64,000 nt of DNA from Patescibacteria group bacterium (GTDB taxonomy: Bacteria > Patescibacteriota > Patescibacteriia > SG8-24): NCBI GenBank assembly GCA_041667185.1, contig JBAYFM010000001.1, forward strand, positions 32,052-96,051, written 5' to 3'. Positions 48,851-60,423 of this stretch are shown in pieces (position 1 is the first letter of the stretch; each line of letters begins with the position of its first letter). The notes below the pieces were generated by a model, which saw only the letters and a list, made by a program, of their open reading frames with translations, did no database searches and was not told where the DNA came from. A program made the translations under genes and the position numbers.

Positions 48851-50197
48851 ATGAAACTGACGCTCTACGGCGCGGCGCAGGAGGTGACCGGTTCCTGCAC
48901 GCTCATCGATACCGGCCGGACGCGGGTGCTCATCGACTGCGGCCTGTTTCAAGGCGCGTCGGTGGCGCATGAACGCAATCTCGACGAGTTCAAATTCGAC
49001 CCCAAAAGCCTGGATGCCGTCATCCTGACCCACGCCCACATCGATCATATCGGCCGTTTTCCCAGACTGGTCAAAGCGGGTTTTTCTGGCCGCACTTTTG
49101 CCACGCATCCGACCAAGGCGCTGACCAAGCTCATGTGGGTCGACGCGGCCAAGGTCATGAAAGATGACGCCCGACGCCACAAGAAAGAACCGATCTATCT
49201 TCTGGATGACATCTGGCCGGCCTACGAGCTGGTCCATGGCATGCCCTATGACACCGAGATCGCCATCGCCGGTGATTTCAAGTTCCGTTTCCGCGAGGCT
49301 GGGCACATCTTCGGCTCGGCCTTCCTCGAGATCGAAGCGGCCGGCGTCCGGCTGACGGCCTCGGGCGATCTGGGCAATGATAACGTGCCGATCCTGCGGC
49401 CGACCGTCGACGCGGCGCCGTCCGATATCGTGCTGCTCGAATCCACCTATGGCGATCGGCTGCATGACGCGCCGGGCGAGCGGGTGAAGCGGCTCAAGGC
49501 GGCCATTAAGGACACCGTCAAGCGCCAGGGCACGCTGCTTGTGCCGGCTTTTTCGCTCGAACGCACGCAGGAGATCCTCTATGAGTTGAACGGCCTGGTC
49601 GAGAATCATGAAGTGCCGCGGATCCCGGTCTTCCTCGACAGTCCGCTAGCGATCAAGGTCCTGCCGATCTACCACCAGTTCTCGGAATATTACAACCGCG
49701 CGGCCAAGGAGCTCGCCAAGCGCGACAATTTCTTCGATTTCCCCGGACTCAAGGTCACCCGCAAGCCGGACGAGTCCGCCGCCATCTCTTCCGTGGCTCC
49801 GCCCAAGATCATCATCGCCGGCAGCGGCATGATGCATGGCGGGCGCATCATGCATCATCTCGTCGAGTACCTGAACAACGACCGCAACACGCTCGTGATC
49901 GTCGGCTTCCAGTCGGCTGGCACGCTCGGCCGCCAGGTCATGGAGGGCGCGAATCACGTGGTCATCGACCATGAGGAGATCATGGTCCGGGCGAAGGTCG
50001 ACATCATCGGTTCGTATTCGGCGCACGCCGATCAGGCCAAGCTGATCCGCTGGGCGACCGGCGGCAGCGCGCAGCCGAAGAGGATCCTGTTGAACCATGG
50101 CGAACTTTCCGCCATGGAGGCGCTGGCGGATATGCTCAAGGAGCGGCAGGGGATCGATGTCGCCATCCCGTCGCCGGACCAGGAGATTGAGATCTAA
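48851..50197 (+). CDS. MBL-fold beta-CASP ribonuclease (Ysh1-like)
   Basis: GAAQEVTGSC, LTHAHIDHIG, AGHIFGS, ESTYG, SAHAD and HGE. Confidence 0.92.
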   Translation: MKLTLYGAAQEVTGSCTLIDTGRTRVLIDCGLFQGASVAHERNLDEFKFDPKSLDAVILTHAHIDHIGRFPRLVKAGFSGRTFATHPTKALTKLMWVDAAKVMKDDARRHKKEPIYLLDDIWPAYELVHGMPYDTEIAIAGDFKFRFREAGHIFGSAFLEIEAAGVRLTASGDLGNDNVPILRPTVDAAPSDIVLLESTYGDRLHDAPGERVKRLKAAIKDTVKRQGTLLVPAFSLERTQEILYELNGLVENHEVPRIPVFLDSPLAIKVLPIYHQFSEYYNRAAKELAKRDNFFDFPGLKVTRKPDESAAISSVAPPKIIIAGSGMMHGGRIMHHLVEYLNNDRNTLVIVGFQSAGTLGRQVMEGANHVVIDHEEIMVRAKVDIIGSYSAHADQAKLIRWATGGSAQPKRILLNHGELSAMEALADMLKERQGIDVAIPSPDQEIEI

Positions 50198-50607
50198 TGG
50201 GAATACGTATGAAGTTAAAAAAGATCTCGTATTCAAAATTGAATTCAAGGCAGCGAGAAAATTATAATTTTCAAAAAATTGCCGCGAAATTGGCGGATTA
50301 TGGGTTCAATGCAGTTCGGTTGAGCGATGACTGGCAGGGCGCAGATGCTGTGGCTATCCATGTCGACCAAAAAACTTTTTTGAAAGTCCAGGTTAAGGGT
50401 AGATTTTCGTTCGACAAAAAATATATCGGTAAAAATATCTGGATAGCATTTCATGATAAGGACACAGACACGTATTATCTTTATAATCATGACCGTTTGC
50501 TTAAGAAGCTCCCCGATGTTTTTCGTTATGTGAGTAGGAAAGGGAGTCGAAATACGCCGCATATTTCCGCGGAACATAGACGGGTGTTGGAAGAGTATAA
50601 ATTTTGA
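50197..50607 (+). CDS. Low-GC hypothetical protein, PD-(D/E)XK nuclease-like
   Basis: E...DDWQGAD...VQVKG pattern; AT-rich; TAATG overlap with the upstream gene. Confidence 0.55.
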   Translation: MGIRMKLKKISYSKLNSRQRENYNFQKIAAKLADYGFNAVRLSDDWQGADAVAIHVDQKTFLKVQVKGRFSFDKKYIGKNIWIAFHDKDTDTYYLYNHDRLLKKLPDVFRYVSRKGSRNTPHISAEHRRVLEEYKF

Positions 50608-50662
50608 GCGAATCAAGAAAAAAGCCGTCCCGGAGCCGGGGCGGCTTTTTTGCGCGAGCGCG

Positions 50663-51508
50663 TCAGGATTTCAGCGCGGCGTCGATGACGTCGGCGATGG
50701 CCTGATCGCGGCGAATCTGGAGTTCGACTTGCTTTTTCGAGATCAGCACCAACGCATCGGCAGCCTTTTGGCGGATCTCGGCGAGGCCTGAGCCGGCTTC
50801 AGCGAGCCGGTTCAGGTTCAGGAGGCTCAGGAAGTCGAAGTTGCCGTTGAGACTGAGATCGAAGATCAGATCGAGCGTGTCGTCCGGGAGGGTCAGTTCG
50901 ACCTCGATCTTGGCGGCCGTGTCGGCCAGATCGCGGTACTTGTCCAGTTCTTCCTGGAAGTGGCGCAGTCGGCGGTTGACCCGCTGGATCGCTTTCTTGG
51001 CTTCCTCGGTCTCGATATGAGAGAGGGCGCTGACCATCTTGCTCTTCGAGAACAGATCGAACGTCTCGCAATTCGAGGCTTTGTCGACCTCTCGCACGGC
51101 CGTGCTGATGGCGTGGAGCAGACTCTCGGCTGTTGTCGCAGCGTTTGTCGCCAGGATATGGGCGGCGTTCAGACGGGCGAAGTCCGGATCTGTTTTGGCG
51201 AGGTGGTCGATTGCCGCTTTTTTGGCCAGTTCAGCCGCGGTCTCGATCTCTTGCGTGTAGCGCAGAGCGAGTTTGTCGGTCTCGACGGCCTCCGCGACGG
51301 TCCGCTGATAGTCCGCGGTCAACCCTCTGTTGCCGCCGAACCAGCCGGCCAGATACTTCTCGCGAAAACCCATCTTCGAGCGCAGTGCGTCGAGTTCGTT
51401 CTTCAGGCGCGAGCGGTGGCCTTCAGCGCGTTTGAGTTTGCGGCGATATTCTTTTTGGGCGTCGGTCAGCTCCCAGATCCGGCGGCAGAAATCAGCTGTG
51501 AATTCCAT
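50663..51508 (-). CDS. Hypothetical coiled-coil/helical protein
   Basis: AAGGAGG SD, boxA-like leader and heptad-rich sequence. Confidence 0.65.
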   Translation of the reverse strand: MEFTADFCRRIWELTDAQKEYRRKLKRAEGHRSRLKNELDALRSKMGFREKYLAGWFGGNRGLTADYQRTVAEAVETDKLALRYTQEIETAAELAKKAAIDHLAKTDPDFARLNAAHILATNAATTAESLLHAISTAVREVDKASNCETFDLFSKSKMVSALSHIETEEAKKAIQRVNRRLRHFQEELDKYRDLADTAAKIEVELTLPDDTLDLIFDLSLNGNFDFLSLLNLNRLAEAGSGLAEIRQKAADALVLISKKQVELQIRRDQAIADVIDAALKS

Positions 51509-51778
51509 CGGTCGCCTCCTTGGCAAAGAGCGTCGGGATTCGGACAGAAAATCCGGATACCGCAGGATATCGCGCCCGGGGCGTAGTGTCAATTTCGCGC
51601 AGCCGCCGGTCGTAAACACTGAAGAGGGACGCACATCAACAAAAAAATGGCTTATTTCAGCGCCGCCATTTCAACCCCGGGACAGTCCCCAAATTGACAG
51701 ATAGCTCGCGAATGGTTAACGTCGTCCCAGTGGTTCTTTAGAAAATCCGATCCCCATCACCGAACAGGAGACAGAGCC

Positions 51779-53812
51779 ATGGCCGAAAAAGAGAACGCCG
51801 AGATCGAGGCTACTGATCCCTATCGCTGGCTCGAAGATAACGCGACACCGCGGGTTCAGGACTGGCTGAAGGCGCAACAAGAACGGACCGAGGAATATTT
51901 CCGCCAGCTGCCGATGAGAGATGGTCTGCGCGAGCGGTTCCGGCAATTGTTCGCGCTGGACACGGTCGGTATGCCGTACCCGTATCAGGGACGCTATTTC
52001 ACGACCAGACGTTCCGCTGGCCAGGACATGCATGTCCTGTATGTCCAGGACGGTCTGACCGGCGAGCCGCGCGTCGTGCTCGATCCGCATACCTTCTCAG
52101 CCGATAAGTCCGTGACCTTGTCGAGCTGGGCGCCGTCACCCGACGGCGGCTTGCTCGTTTACGGTCTGTCACAGGCCGGCAATGACAAACGGTCCCTGCA
52201 CGTCCTGAACGTGCTGACCGGCGAGAAGTTCGCGGACACGATTCCTGATGACTTCTATCCGGCTTTCAGCGCTTGGAACGTCGATGGCACCGGTTTCTGG
52301 TATGCGAAACACGACCCCCGCGCGTCCATGGAAGAAGCCAAGCTTCATAAGCGGCTCTATTACCACGCGCTGGGCACCGCCTGGCCGGACGATCCGGTCG
52401 TCTTCGGCGAAGGCCGCGACAAGGAAGATATGGTCAGCGGTGGTCCGACCGAAGACGGTCATTATTTCTTGGTCACGGTCTACGGCCAAGATAAGGAGGC
52501 TGGCCGCGAATGGAACGAGGTTTGGCTGCGCGATCTGCGGGCTTCTGACGGTGCTTTCACACGCATCGTCGATCGTCGTCCCGGAACGTATTGCACGGTC
52601 TCGATCCATCGCGACCGGCTGTACTTCCTCTCCAACCAGGACGCGCCGCGCTGGCGGATCCTGGAACTGGAGATCGAAGCGGCCTTGGCTGGCGGTACCG
52701 CGCCGCGCGTCCTCATCCCCGAGGGCGCGGGCGTTATCGAGTCCCACGCCCTCGTCGGCGACAAGCTGTTCGTCGGCACGCTCGAGGACGTCCATACGGT
52801 CCTGCGCCAGTACGATCTCGGCGGCCGATTCGTGCGGGAAGTGGCGCTGCCTACGCTCGGCAGCGTCGGTGGTTTCGCTTACGAAGAGGAAGGTGAAGAG
52901 TTGTTCTTCGACTTCGATTCGTTCGCGGTGCCGCCCACGATCTATCGGCTCGATCTCCGGACGGACGGCCTCGCGGTCTTCGCCCGGGCCGAAGCCGGAT
53001 TCGACACTTCGCGCCTGGTCACGGAACAGGTCTGGTATCCGTCTGGTGACGGCACCCGTATCCCGATGTTCCTGATCCATGAGCAAGGACTCGCGCGCGA
53101 TGGCGACCGGCCGACGGTGCTTTGTGGTTATGGCGGGTTCGACATCAGTCTGACCCCGTCGTTCATGAAGAGTGTCGTGCCGTTCCTGGAGCATGGCGGC
53201 GTCTATGCCATCGCCAACCTGCGGGGCGGCGGCGAGTTCGGTGCTGCCTGGCACGAGGCTGGCATGAAGAAGAACAAGCAGAACGTGTTCGATGATTTCG
53301 CCGCGGCCGCGCGGTGGCTCATCGACTCGGGTTACACGCGGCGCGAGCGCCTCGCCATCGAGGGCGGCAGCAACGGCGGCCTGCTCACCATGGCGACCAT
53401 CACGCAGCACCCGGATCTAGTGGCGGCAGCGATCGCTCAGGTGCCGGTCACTGACATGCTCCGCTACCACCTGTTCTTCGGGGGCGTGTACTGGATCCCG
53501 GACTACGGCGATCCCGATGATCCGGACATGCGGCAGTATCTGCTGACGTACAGTCCGTATCACAACGTGCGCGACGGCGAGAAATATCCCGCCACGCTCA
53601 TCTCGACCTCGGATAACGACGATCGCGTCCATCCGATGCATTCGTACAAGATGGCCGCGCGTCTCCAGGAAGCGAACGCTTCGGAGGGCCCGATCTATTT
53701 GCGGGTCGAACTCAAAGCCGGGCATGGCGGCGCCAGCGCCGTCTCCAAGTATGTGGAGCAGGCCGCGGACGAATGGAGTTTCATCTTCGACCGGCTCGGC
53801 ATCAAGTGGTGA
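51779..53812 (+). CDS. Prolyl oligopeptidase (S9A)
   Basis: DPYRWLE, GYGGF, NLRGGGEFG, GGSNGG, DDRVHP and AGHG. Confidence 0.95.
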   Translation: MAEKENAEIEATDPYRWLEDNATPRVQDWLKAQQERTEEYFRQLPMRDGLRERFRQLFALDTVGMPYPYQGRYFTTRRSAGQDMHVLYVQDGLTGEPRVVLDPHTFSADKSVTLSSWAPSPDGGLLVYGLSQAGNDKRSLHVLNVLTGEKFADTIPDDFYPAFSAWNVDGTGFWYAKHDPRASMEEAKLHKRLYYHALGTAWPDDPVVFGEGRDKEDMVSGGPTEDGHYFLVTVYGQDKEAGREWNEVWLRDLRASDGAFTRIVDRRPGTYCTVSIHRDRLYFLSNQDAPRWRILELEIEAALAGGTAPRVLIPEGAGVIESHALVGDKLFVGTLEDVHTVLRQYDLGGRFVREVALPTLGSVGGFAYEEEGEELFFDFDSFAVPPTIYRLDLRTDGLAVFARAEAGFDTSRLVTEQVWYPSGDGTRIPMFLIHEQGLARDGDRPTVLCGYGGFDISLTPSFMKSVVPFLEHGGVYAIANLRGGGEFGAAWHEAGMKKNKQNVFDDFAAAARWLIDSGYTRRERLAIEGGSNGGLLTMATITQHPDLVAAAIAQVPVTDMLRYHLFFGGVYWIPDYGDPDDPDMRQYLLTYSPYHNVRDGEKYPATLISTSDNDDRVHPMHSYKMAARLQEANASEGPIYLRVELKAGHGGASAVSKYVEQAADEWSFIFDRLGIKW

Positions 53813-53979
53813 CAGTCGGCCACCAGGGCGGTCCTCTCGGACCGCTCTTTTTTGTTGCGCGGGAGCGGTAACAGGTTGACCGGTCGGTTGCGCTGTGTTA
53901 ACCTCACTCTCCGGACATAAGAATAGCGGCTCCGTCGACCCCCTAGTGCGCCAAGGCAGGGGGCCTTTGGGCATATCAT

Positions 53980-56061
53980 ATGGATTTCAAGTTAAGTTCG
54001 AAATACCAGCCTGCGGGCGATCAGCCTGAGGCCATCGAACAGCTCACGCGCGGCGTTGGCGCGGGTTTGCGTTACCAGACGCTTCTTGGCGTGACCGGTT
54101 CCGGCAAGACCTTCACCATGGCGAACGTCATCGCCCGGTCCGCCCGTCCGGCGCTCGTCATCGCTCATAATAAAACGCTCGCGGCCCAGCTCTGCAACGA
54201 GTTCCGCCAGTATTTCCCGAAGAACGCCGTCGAATATTTCGTCTCTTACTACGACTACTATCAGCCGGAGGCCTACTTGCCGACGTCCGACACTTACATC
54301 GAGAAAGAGGCGATGATCAATCAGGAGATCGATCGGTTGCGGCACGCCGCCACGCAGGCGCTTTTGACGCGCCGCGATGTCATCATCGTCGCGTCCGTAT
54401 CCTGCATCTACGGCCTCGGCGCGCCGGAGGTCTATAAGAAAATGCACGTGCGGCTGGAGATCGGGATGGAACTCGACCGCGCCGGACTCCTGCGCCACCT
54501 CGTTCAGACCCAGTTCGAGCGGACGACCTCGGACTTGAAGCGCGGCTCGTTCCGGTCGCGCGGCGACGTCGTCGAGATTATGCCGGCGAGCGAAGAGATC
54601 ATTGTCCGCGTCGAGCTGAAGCGCGGCCGCGTCGACGCCATCCTGATCATCGATCCGGTCACGCGCAAACAGCGCGAGCGGGCCAAGGAATACTGGATCT
54701 TCCCGGCCAAGCATTTCATCACTTCCGGACCGGAGCGCGAGCGGGCGATTCAGGCTATCCGCGCCGAGCTCAAGGAGCGACTCGCGGTGTTCGAGAAAGA
54801 TGGGAAGCTGCTTGAAGCCGAGCGGTTGGAGCGGCGCACGAATTTCGATCTGGCGATGCTGGCCGAGGTCGGTTATTGCCACGGCATCGAGAATTATTCG
54901 CGGCCCTTGTCCGGCCGCGCTCCCGGTTCGCCGCCGGAAACGTTGCTGGATTATTTTCCCGAAGACCTGCTCGTCTTCATCGACGAGTCGCATGTGACCG
55001 TGCCGCAGCTCGCGGGCATGTCCAATGGCGACCAGGCCCGCAAGAAGACCCTGATCGAATACGGTTTCCGGCTGCCGTCGGCGGCTGACAATCGTCCGCT
55101 GCGTTATGAAGAGTTCGCGGCACGCATCCCGCAGACCGTTTACGTGTCGGCTACTCCGGGCGATCACGAGCGCCGGGTTTCCGCGGCTGTCGTCGAACAG
55201 GTCATCCGGCCGACCGGCCTCATCGATCCGCTCGTGACCATCCGTCCGGTCACGGCGCAAGGGGATGCGCCCGGCCAGATCGACGACCTCATCAGCCGCA
55301 TCGAAGAGCGGGTGAAGAAACATGAGCGCGTGCTCGTCACGACGCTCACGAAGAAAATGGCCGAGGACCTGACCGAATATCTGAAGGACAAGAAGATCAA
55401 GACCAGCTATCTCCACAGCGACATCGTCACCATCGATCGCGTGAAGATCCTGACCGAGTTCCGCCGCGGCGTCTTCGATGTGCTCGTGGGCGTGAACCTG
55501 CTGCGCGAAGGCCTCGATCTGCCGGAGGTGACGCTGGTCGGCATCCTCGACGCCGACAAGGAAGGCTTCCTCCGGAGCGACACCTCGCTCATCCAGACCA
55601 TCGGCCGCGCGGCCCGGAACGTGAACGGCGAGGTCGTGCTCTACGCCGACGAGATCACCGGTTCGATCGGGCGCGCGGTGGCCGAGACTGATCGCCGCCG
55701 CGCCAAACAGCTGGCTTATAACGCCGCGCATGGCATCACGCCGCGGACGATCAAGAAAGCCGTGCACGACATCATGGGCGAACTGGCCAGGAAAGACGAG
55801 AAACTGGCGAAACAGATCCTGGAGATCGAGGCGGCGCCGGAGGATCGGCCGCTCGCGGAGATCATCGAAGAGAAGGAGAAACAGATGCGCGCCGCGGCCA
55901 AGGATCTGGAGTTCGAGCTGGCGGCCGTGTTGCGCGACGAGCTGAAAGAATTGCGGAAGATTTTTGAGAAAGGCGGAGGGCGCGGAACCGACACTGGTTC
56001 TTTGCCGCGCCGGAAGTCCCGGCGGGCGGCAGCGTATCCCGCTCATAGGGGCAGGCGGTAA
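53980..56061 (+). CDS. uvrB: Excinuclease ABC subunit B
   Basis: [37 protein letters not shown] and a UVR domain. Confidence 0.97.
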   Translation: MDFKLSSKYQPAGDQPEAIEQLTRGVGAGLRYQTLLGVTGSGKTFTMANVIARSARPALVIAHNKTLAAQLCNEFRQYFPKNAVEYFVSYYDYYQPEAYLPTSDTYIEKEAMINQEIDRLRHAATQALLTRRDVIIVASVSCIYGLGAPEVYKKMHVRLEIGMELDRAGLLRHLVQTQFERTTSDLKRGSFRSRGDVVEIMPASEEIIVRVELKRGRVDAILIIDPVTRKQRERAKEYWIFPAKHFITSGPERERAIQAIRAELKERLAVFEKDGKLLEAERLERRTNFDLAMLAEVGYCHGIENYSRPLSGRAPGSPPETLLDYFPEDLLVFIDESHVTVPQLAGMSNGDQARKKTLIEYGFRLPSAADNRPLRYEEFAARIPQTVYVSATPGDHERRVSAAVVEQVIRPTGLIDPLVTIRPVTAQGDAPGQIDDLISRIEERVKKHERVLVTTLTKKMAEDLTEYLKDKKIKTSYLHSDIVTIDRVKILTEFRRGVFDVLVGVNLLREGLDLPEVTLVGILDADKEGFLRSDTSLIQTIGRAARNVNGEVVLYADEITGSIGRAVAETDRRRAKQLAYNAAHGITPRTIKKAVHDIMGELARKDEKLAKQILEIEAAPEDRPLAEIIEEKEKQMRAAAKDLEFELAAVLRDELKELRKIFEKGGGRGTDTGSLPRRKSRRAAAYPAHRGRR

Positions 56062-56169
56062 GCCGGAGGCGTTCCTTTCATCAGACGACGGAAAAGCACA
56101 TGCGTTCGCCGCCTCGCGGAAGAAAAAGAAAACCCCGCCAAAAAGGCGGGGCAAGACTTGAGTTGTCGG

Positions 56170-56367
56170 CTATCCAGCGAACAGCCACTCGATCTGGAGA
56201 TCGGTCAGGCCGCGGTGCCGGAGTTCGGTGCGGATAGACCTGGATTCGATCAGCATCTGGCGGACGCCGTCGACGGTCCACTCTCCGGATTCGAAGGTCC
56301 GTTGCAGGTCCTTCAGCCGGACGATGAGTTCCCTCGCCGTCAGTTTGCGCAGGTCGGGATCAGTCAC
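56170..56367 (-). CDS. Small hypothetical protein
   Basis: GTG start overlapping the upstream ORF end; 65 aa. Confidence 0.45.
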   Translation of the reverse strand: MTDPDLRKLTARELIVRLKDLQRTFESGEWTVDGVRQMLIESRSIRTELRHRGLTDLQIEWLFAG

Positions 56368-56764
56368 GGGTCTTCGTCTTTCTGCCGGCGGAAACCAGCG
56401 GTTCGGCGGCGAGCAGATTGTCGAGATCGAGAGCGATCACCCGGAAGACGCGGGCGGAATCCATCGACAATTGGCCGTCCGCGACGAGCGCCGCCTCCAT
56501 GAATTCGTTGAGGCGCGCGACATCTTCGCTGATCTGCCGCAGGATGCTCTCGCGCGAGATGCCGGTCCGCGGTTCGTCGTCGGCCAACGGTTCGTCCAGG
56601 TCGCAGCGGCGACCGATGATCCGGCGGGCTTCCCGCAGCCGTTCGGCGATGCCGGCGAAGTCGGCCCGGCGCGTTTCCTCGAGTTCGGCCTGGGCGGCGT
56701 AGAAGTGGTTGATCACGTCAGTGGCGATTCCCAGCATCAGCTGCTTCTCCAAGGTTTTCACCAT
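56360..56764 (-). CDS. Hypothetical helical protein
   Basis: AAGGAG SD and boxA-like leader. Confidence 0.6.
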   Translation of the reverse strand: MVKTLEKQLMLGIATDVINHFYAAQAELEETRRADFAGIAERLREARRIIGRRCDLDEPLADDEPRTGISRESILRQISEDVARLNEFMEAALVADGQLSMDSARVFRVIALDLDNLLAAEPLVSAGRKTKTRD

Positions 56765-56890
56765 CGTTCACTCCTTTGTTTTTGCAAGGAACATTATCGC
56801 CCGGTTACCCGGTCGAACGGACTATACTACCCTAACTGGCAAAAAAATGCAAGACTCCGCTGCCGGTCCGGCCGGTTTCTGACCAAACTT

Positions 56891-59425
56891 ATGCAGGAAA
56901 ATATCATCATCCGCGGCGCTCGCGAGCATAACCTGAAGAACGTTTCCGTGACGCTGCCGCGCAACAAAATGATCGTCTTCACCGGTTTGTCGGGCTCCGG
57001 CAAGTCGTCTTTGGCGTTCGACACCATCTTCGCCGAAGGGCAGCGCCGCTACGTCGAGTCGCTGTCGGCCTACGCCCGCCAGTTCCTCGGCCAGATGAGC
57101 AAGCCGGATGTCGACGAGATCGAGGGCCTGTCGCCGGCCATCTGCATCGACCAGAAAGCGCATTCGGCCAATCCGCGCTCGACGGTCGCGACGATCACCG
57201 AGATCTACGATTACCTACGCGTGCTCTACGCGCGCATCGGCCGGCCGCACTGTCCGAGCTGCGACAAGCCGATCCGCAAGATGACGGCCGAGGAGATGGT
57301 CGACCTGATCGCCAAGGAAGCCGCCGAAGCCGCGGCCAAACTCGGACCGACGCCGCCGGAGGACGCCGAACTGCTGATCCTGGCGCCCTTGGCGCGCGGC
57401 CGGAAAGGGGAGTACCACCAGCAGCTGTACGATCTCTATAACAACGGCTTCTCGACCGTCCGCGTCAACGGCCGGCTGCGGTCGCTGCGGACGCGCCTCG
57501 TGCTCGATCGCAACATGCGGCACACGATCGAACTCGTGGTCGACCGTTTTGCCGTCAAGACGATCGCGGCCGGCGGCGCGGAGTTGCGCGCCCGGATCGC
57601 CGAGGCCGTCGAGATCGCGCTCAAGCACGGCAACGGCCTGGTCCAGGCGGTCCACTCCGACGGCGAGGAACGCCTGCTCTCGAGCGAGTTCAGCTGCGCG
57701 GATTGCGGGTTCTCTTTTCCGGAGATCGAGCCGCGGTTATTCTCATTCAACAGCCCTTACGGCGCCTGTCCGGCCTGCCACGGTCTCGGGGTCAAGGATT
57801 TTTTTTCGACCGACCTGTGCGAGGCCTGCGGCGGCGCGCGCCTGCGCAAGGAAAGCCAGTTCGTCCGCGTCGGCGGCAAGAGCATTGTCGAATTCGCGGC
57901 TCTGGATATCGGCCACGCGGCGGAATTCATCGTCGGACTCGGCCTCACGGAGCGCGAGACTGAGATCTCCGAGGTCATCCTGAAGGAGATCCGCGGCCGT
58001 CTCCGATTCCTGAACGACGTCGGCCTGCATTACGTCACCCTGAATCGCACGGCCGGCACGCTCTCGGGCGGCGAAGCCCAGCGCATCCGCCTCGCTTCGC
58101 AGATCGGTTCGAAACTCGTTGGCGCGCTCTACGTGCTCGACGAGCCGACCATCGGCCTGCACCAGCGCGACAACGAGCGGCTGCTCGCGACGCTCAAGGA
58201 GCTGCGCGACGCCGGCAACACTATCGTCGTCGTCGAACATGACGAGGACACCATCTTGGAAGCCGATTACCTGGTCGATTTCGGCCCCGGCGCCGGCAAG
58301 CACGGCGGCGAGATCGTCGCGGCCGGGACGCTTGCGGAGGTCCTGAAGAATCCGAAGTCACTCACGGCCCTGTATCTCACCGGCAAGCGGAGTATCCCGA
58401 CGCCGGCCGTCCGCCATACGAAGAACCGCGACTCCATCAAGATCCTCGGGGCTGCGGAGAACAACCTGCGGCACGTCGACGTCGAGGTGCCGCTGCGCCG
58501 CTTCGTCTGCGTTACGGGCGTCAGCGGTTCGGGCAAGAGCACGCTCGTGAATGAGATCCTTTATAACGAGCTCTCCAACCGCCTGAATCACACCCAGTAC
58601 CAGGTCGGCAAGCACCGCAAGATCCTCGGCCTCGAGTATCTCGACCGCGTCGCGCTCGTCGATCAGTCGCCGATCGGCCGCACGCCGCGCTCGAATCCGG
58701 CGACTTACACCGGCGCGTTCACTCATATCCGCGAGCTGTTCGCCGCCACCGAAGAAGCGCGGCTGCGCGGCTACCGCCCCGGCCGGTTCAGTTTCAACGT
58801 GCCTGGCGGTCGCTGCGAGAATTGCGAAGGCAACGGGACGCTCGCCATCGAGATGCATTTCCTGCCGACGGTCTACGTCACCTGCGACGTCTGTCGCGGC
58901 CGCCGCTTCGATCGCGAGACGCTGGAAGTCAAATTCCGCGGCAAGAACATCCATGAGGTGCTGGCCATGACCGTCGAAGAAGCGGATAAATTCTTCGAGG
59001 ATATCCCGTTCATCCACGACAAGTTTGGCGTGCTGAATCGCGTCGGCCTCGGTTATCTGGAGCTCGGCCAGGCGGCGACGACACTCTCGGGCGGCGAAGC
59101 CCAACGCATCAAACTGGGCTTCGAGCTGTCGAAGCGCTCCGCTGGCCGCACACTCTACCTCTTCGACGAACCGACGACCGGCCTGCACTACGAGGACATC
59201 CGCCGCCTGCTCGAGGTCCTGCACGAGCTCGTCGAGCGCGGTAATTCCGTCGTGGTCATCGAGCACAATCTCGACGTCATCAAGACTGCCGACCACATCA
59301 TCGATCTCGGCCCGGAGGGTGGTGACGGCGGCGGCCGGATCGTGGCCACGGGCACTCCCGAGGAGGTCGCCAAATACGGCGATTCGCATACGGCGAAATA
59401 TCTCAAGCGGACGCTGAAACTGTAA
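56891..59425 (+). CDS. uvrA: Excinuclease ABC subunit A (844 aa, insertion domain missing)
   Basis: [23 protein letters not shown], two LSGGEAQR motifs and zinc fingers; ATG 56891. Confidence 0.96.
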   Translation: MQENIIIRGAREHNLKNVSVTLPRNKMIVFTGLSGSGKSSLAFDTIFAEGQRRYVESLSAYARQFLGQMSKPDVDEIEGLSPAICIDQKAHSANPRSTVATITEIYDYLRVLYARIGRPHCPSCDKPIRKMTAEEMVDLIAKEAAEAAAKLGPTPPEDAELLILAPLARGRKGEYHQQLYDLYNNGFSTVRVNGRLRSLRTRLVLDRNMRHTIELVVDRFAVKTIAAGGAELRARIAEAVEIALKHGNGLVQAVHSDGEERLLSSEFSCADCGFSFPEIEPRLFSFNSPYGACPACHGLGVKDFFSTDLCEACGGARLRKESQFVRVGGKSIVEFAALDIGHAAEFIVGLGLTERETEISEVILKEIRGRLRFLNDVGLHYVTLNRTAGTLSGGEAQRIRLASQIGSKLVGALYVLDEPTIGLHQRDNERLLATLKELRDAGNTIVVVEHDEDTILEADYLVDFGPGAGKHGGEIVAAGTLAEVLKNPKSLTALYLTGKRSIPTPAVRHTKNRDSIKILGAAENNLRHVDVEVPLRRFVCVTGVSGSGKSTLVNEILYNELSNRLNHTQYQVGKHRKILGLEYLDRVALVDQSPIGRTPRSNPATYTGAFTHIRELFAATEEARLRGYRPGRFSFNVPGGRCENCEGNGTLAIEMHFLPTVYVTCDVCRGRRFDRETLEVKFRGKNIHEVLAMTVEEADKFFEDIPFIHDKFGVLNRVGLGYLELGQAATTLSGGEAQRIKLGFELSKRSAGRTLYLFDEPTTGLHYEDIRRLLEVLHELVERGNSVVVIEHNLDVIKTADHIIDLGPEGGDGGGRIVATGTPEEVAKYGDSHTAKYLKRTLKL

Positions 59426-59480
59426 GAGCCGCCAGCACCCGAAATAAAAAAATCAGGCGCTCCGAGCGGAGCGCCTGTTA

Positions 59481-60206
59481 TCAGTTATCCCGAAGGATCA
59501 GGTTTTCGAAGAGTTCGTCGATCTTTTCCGGCGCCGGCAGATTGCCGGCTTCGTGATCCAGTTTGTTGCGGCGCGGCAAGATCCGTTGCGCGACCACTGT
59601 GTCCGTGGCGACGGGGAAGCGTTTGACCGTGAACGTTGTGTCCGGCTGGTTGTCAGACCAGACGTCCGACCAGTCGTCTTCCGCCGCTGCGATGACCGTG
59701 ATCTCCGAGTCGTCGATATAGGTCGGTCCGTCGGCGGCGATGACTGGTCCGGCCGGCGATTCCGGAGGGATGATGACCCTCGGGTTCGTAAAGCTGGGCG
59801 CGGCGACGGGTTGGAAGGACGGTGCTCGGGACAGAGGTAATTGCCGGCGAACGTTGTCGCCAGCGGCATTTGTCGGCGCGTTTTTGACCGTTTGGCGAGC
59901 CTGCAAGGAGAGGATCCCCAGCGTGCGCCGGCTGGCTCCAGTCTCATACAACTCGAAACCCTCGCGTTCAGCCAGGTTCATCACGAGCTTGACGAGTACG
60001 GGAACCTGTATCACTTGTTCGAGGTTTTTCGAACTGGCCGCCTGGCGGATGCGCCGCACCAGTTCGCGGGCGCGCTGAAGCGCCCACATTCTTTTGCTGC
60101 GCTGGCGTCGTCGGATAACGGCGAGTACGACGCAAGTTCCGATGCTGACGAGCACCAGGAAGATCGCCATGACGGCGAGATGGCTCGGTGCTTTGTAAAG
60201 GAACAT
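59481..60206 (-). CDS. Hypothetical protein with an N-terminal TM and a low-complexity C-terminus
   Basis: TTGACA promoter, GGAGG SD and a hydrophobic N-terminal helix followed by RRRQR. Confidence 0.6.
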   Translation of the reverse strand: MFLYKAPSHLAVMAIFLVLVSIGTCVVLAVIRRRQRSKRMWALQRARELVRRIRQAASSKNLEQVIQVPVLVKLVMNLAEREGFELYETGASRRTLGILSLQARQTVKNAPTNAAGDNVRRQLPLSRAPSFQPVAAPSFTNPRVIIPPESPAGPVIAADGPTYIDDSEITVIAAAEDDWSDVWSDNQPDTTFTVKRFPVATDTVVAQRILPRRNKLDHEAGNLPAPEKIDELFENLILRDN

Positions 60207-60423
60207 TTTGGTCACCCTCCTATGTCCGACATGGACGATATATTTAAGCCTAAATGGCGTCTTTTGTCAAGATGACGCCGCCAGTGTTGGTTGTTGCGGC
60301 CCGCGGCGGTCTTGCCGTCTGGGCCGGTTCATCCATCGTTTCGTGTTGAACCAGGCCGGTTTTCGTGGGAATATGGACTGATTCCGGCCTGAACCGGCGG
60401 TTCCAGTTCCAGTCGGACGACCT

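Noticed and set aside
53992-56154. Long antisense ORFs (this one, 44888..46591, 27499..28968, 14333..15835 and others)
   Set aside because: Shadow frames of well-supported genes in high-GC DNA, with no motifs.
56228-56890. 221-aa N-terminal extension of UvrA in the ORF track
   Set aside because: It overlaps two opposite-strand ORFs, one with a clear SD; the canonical UvrA start [17 protein letters not shown] is at 56891.
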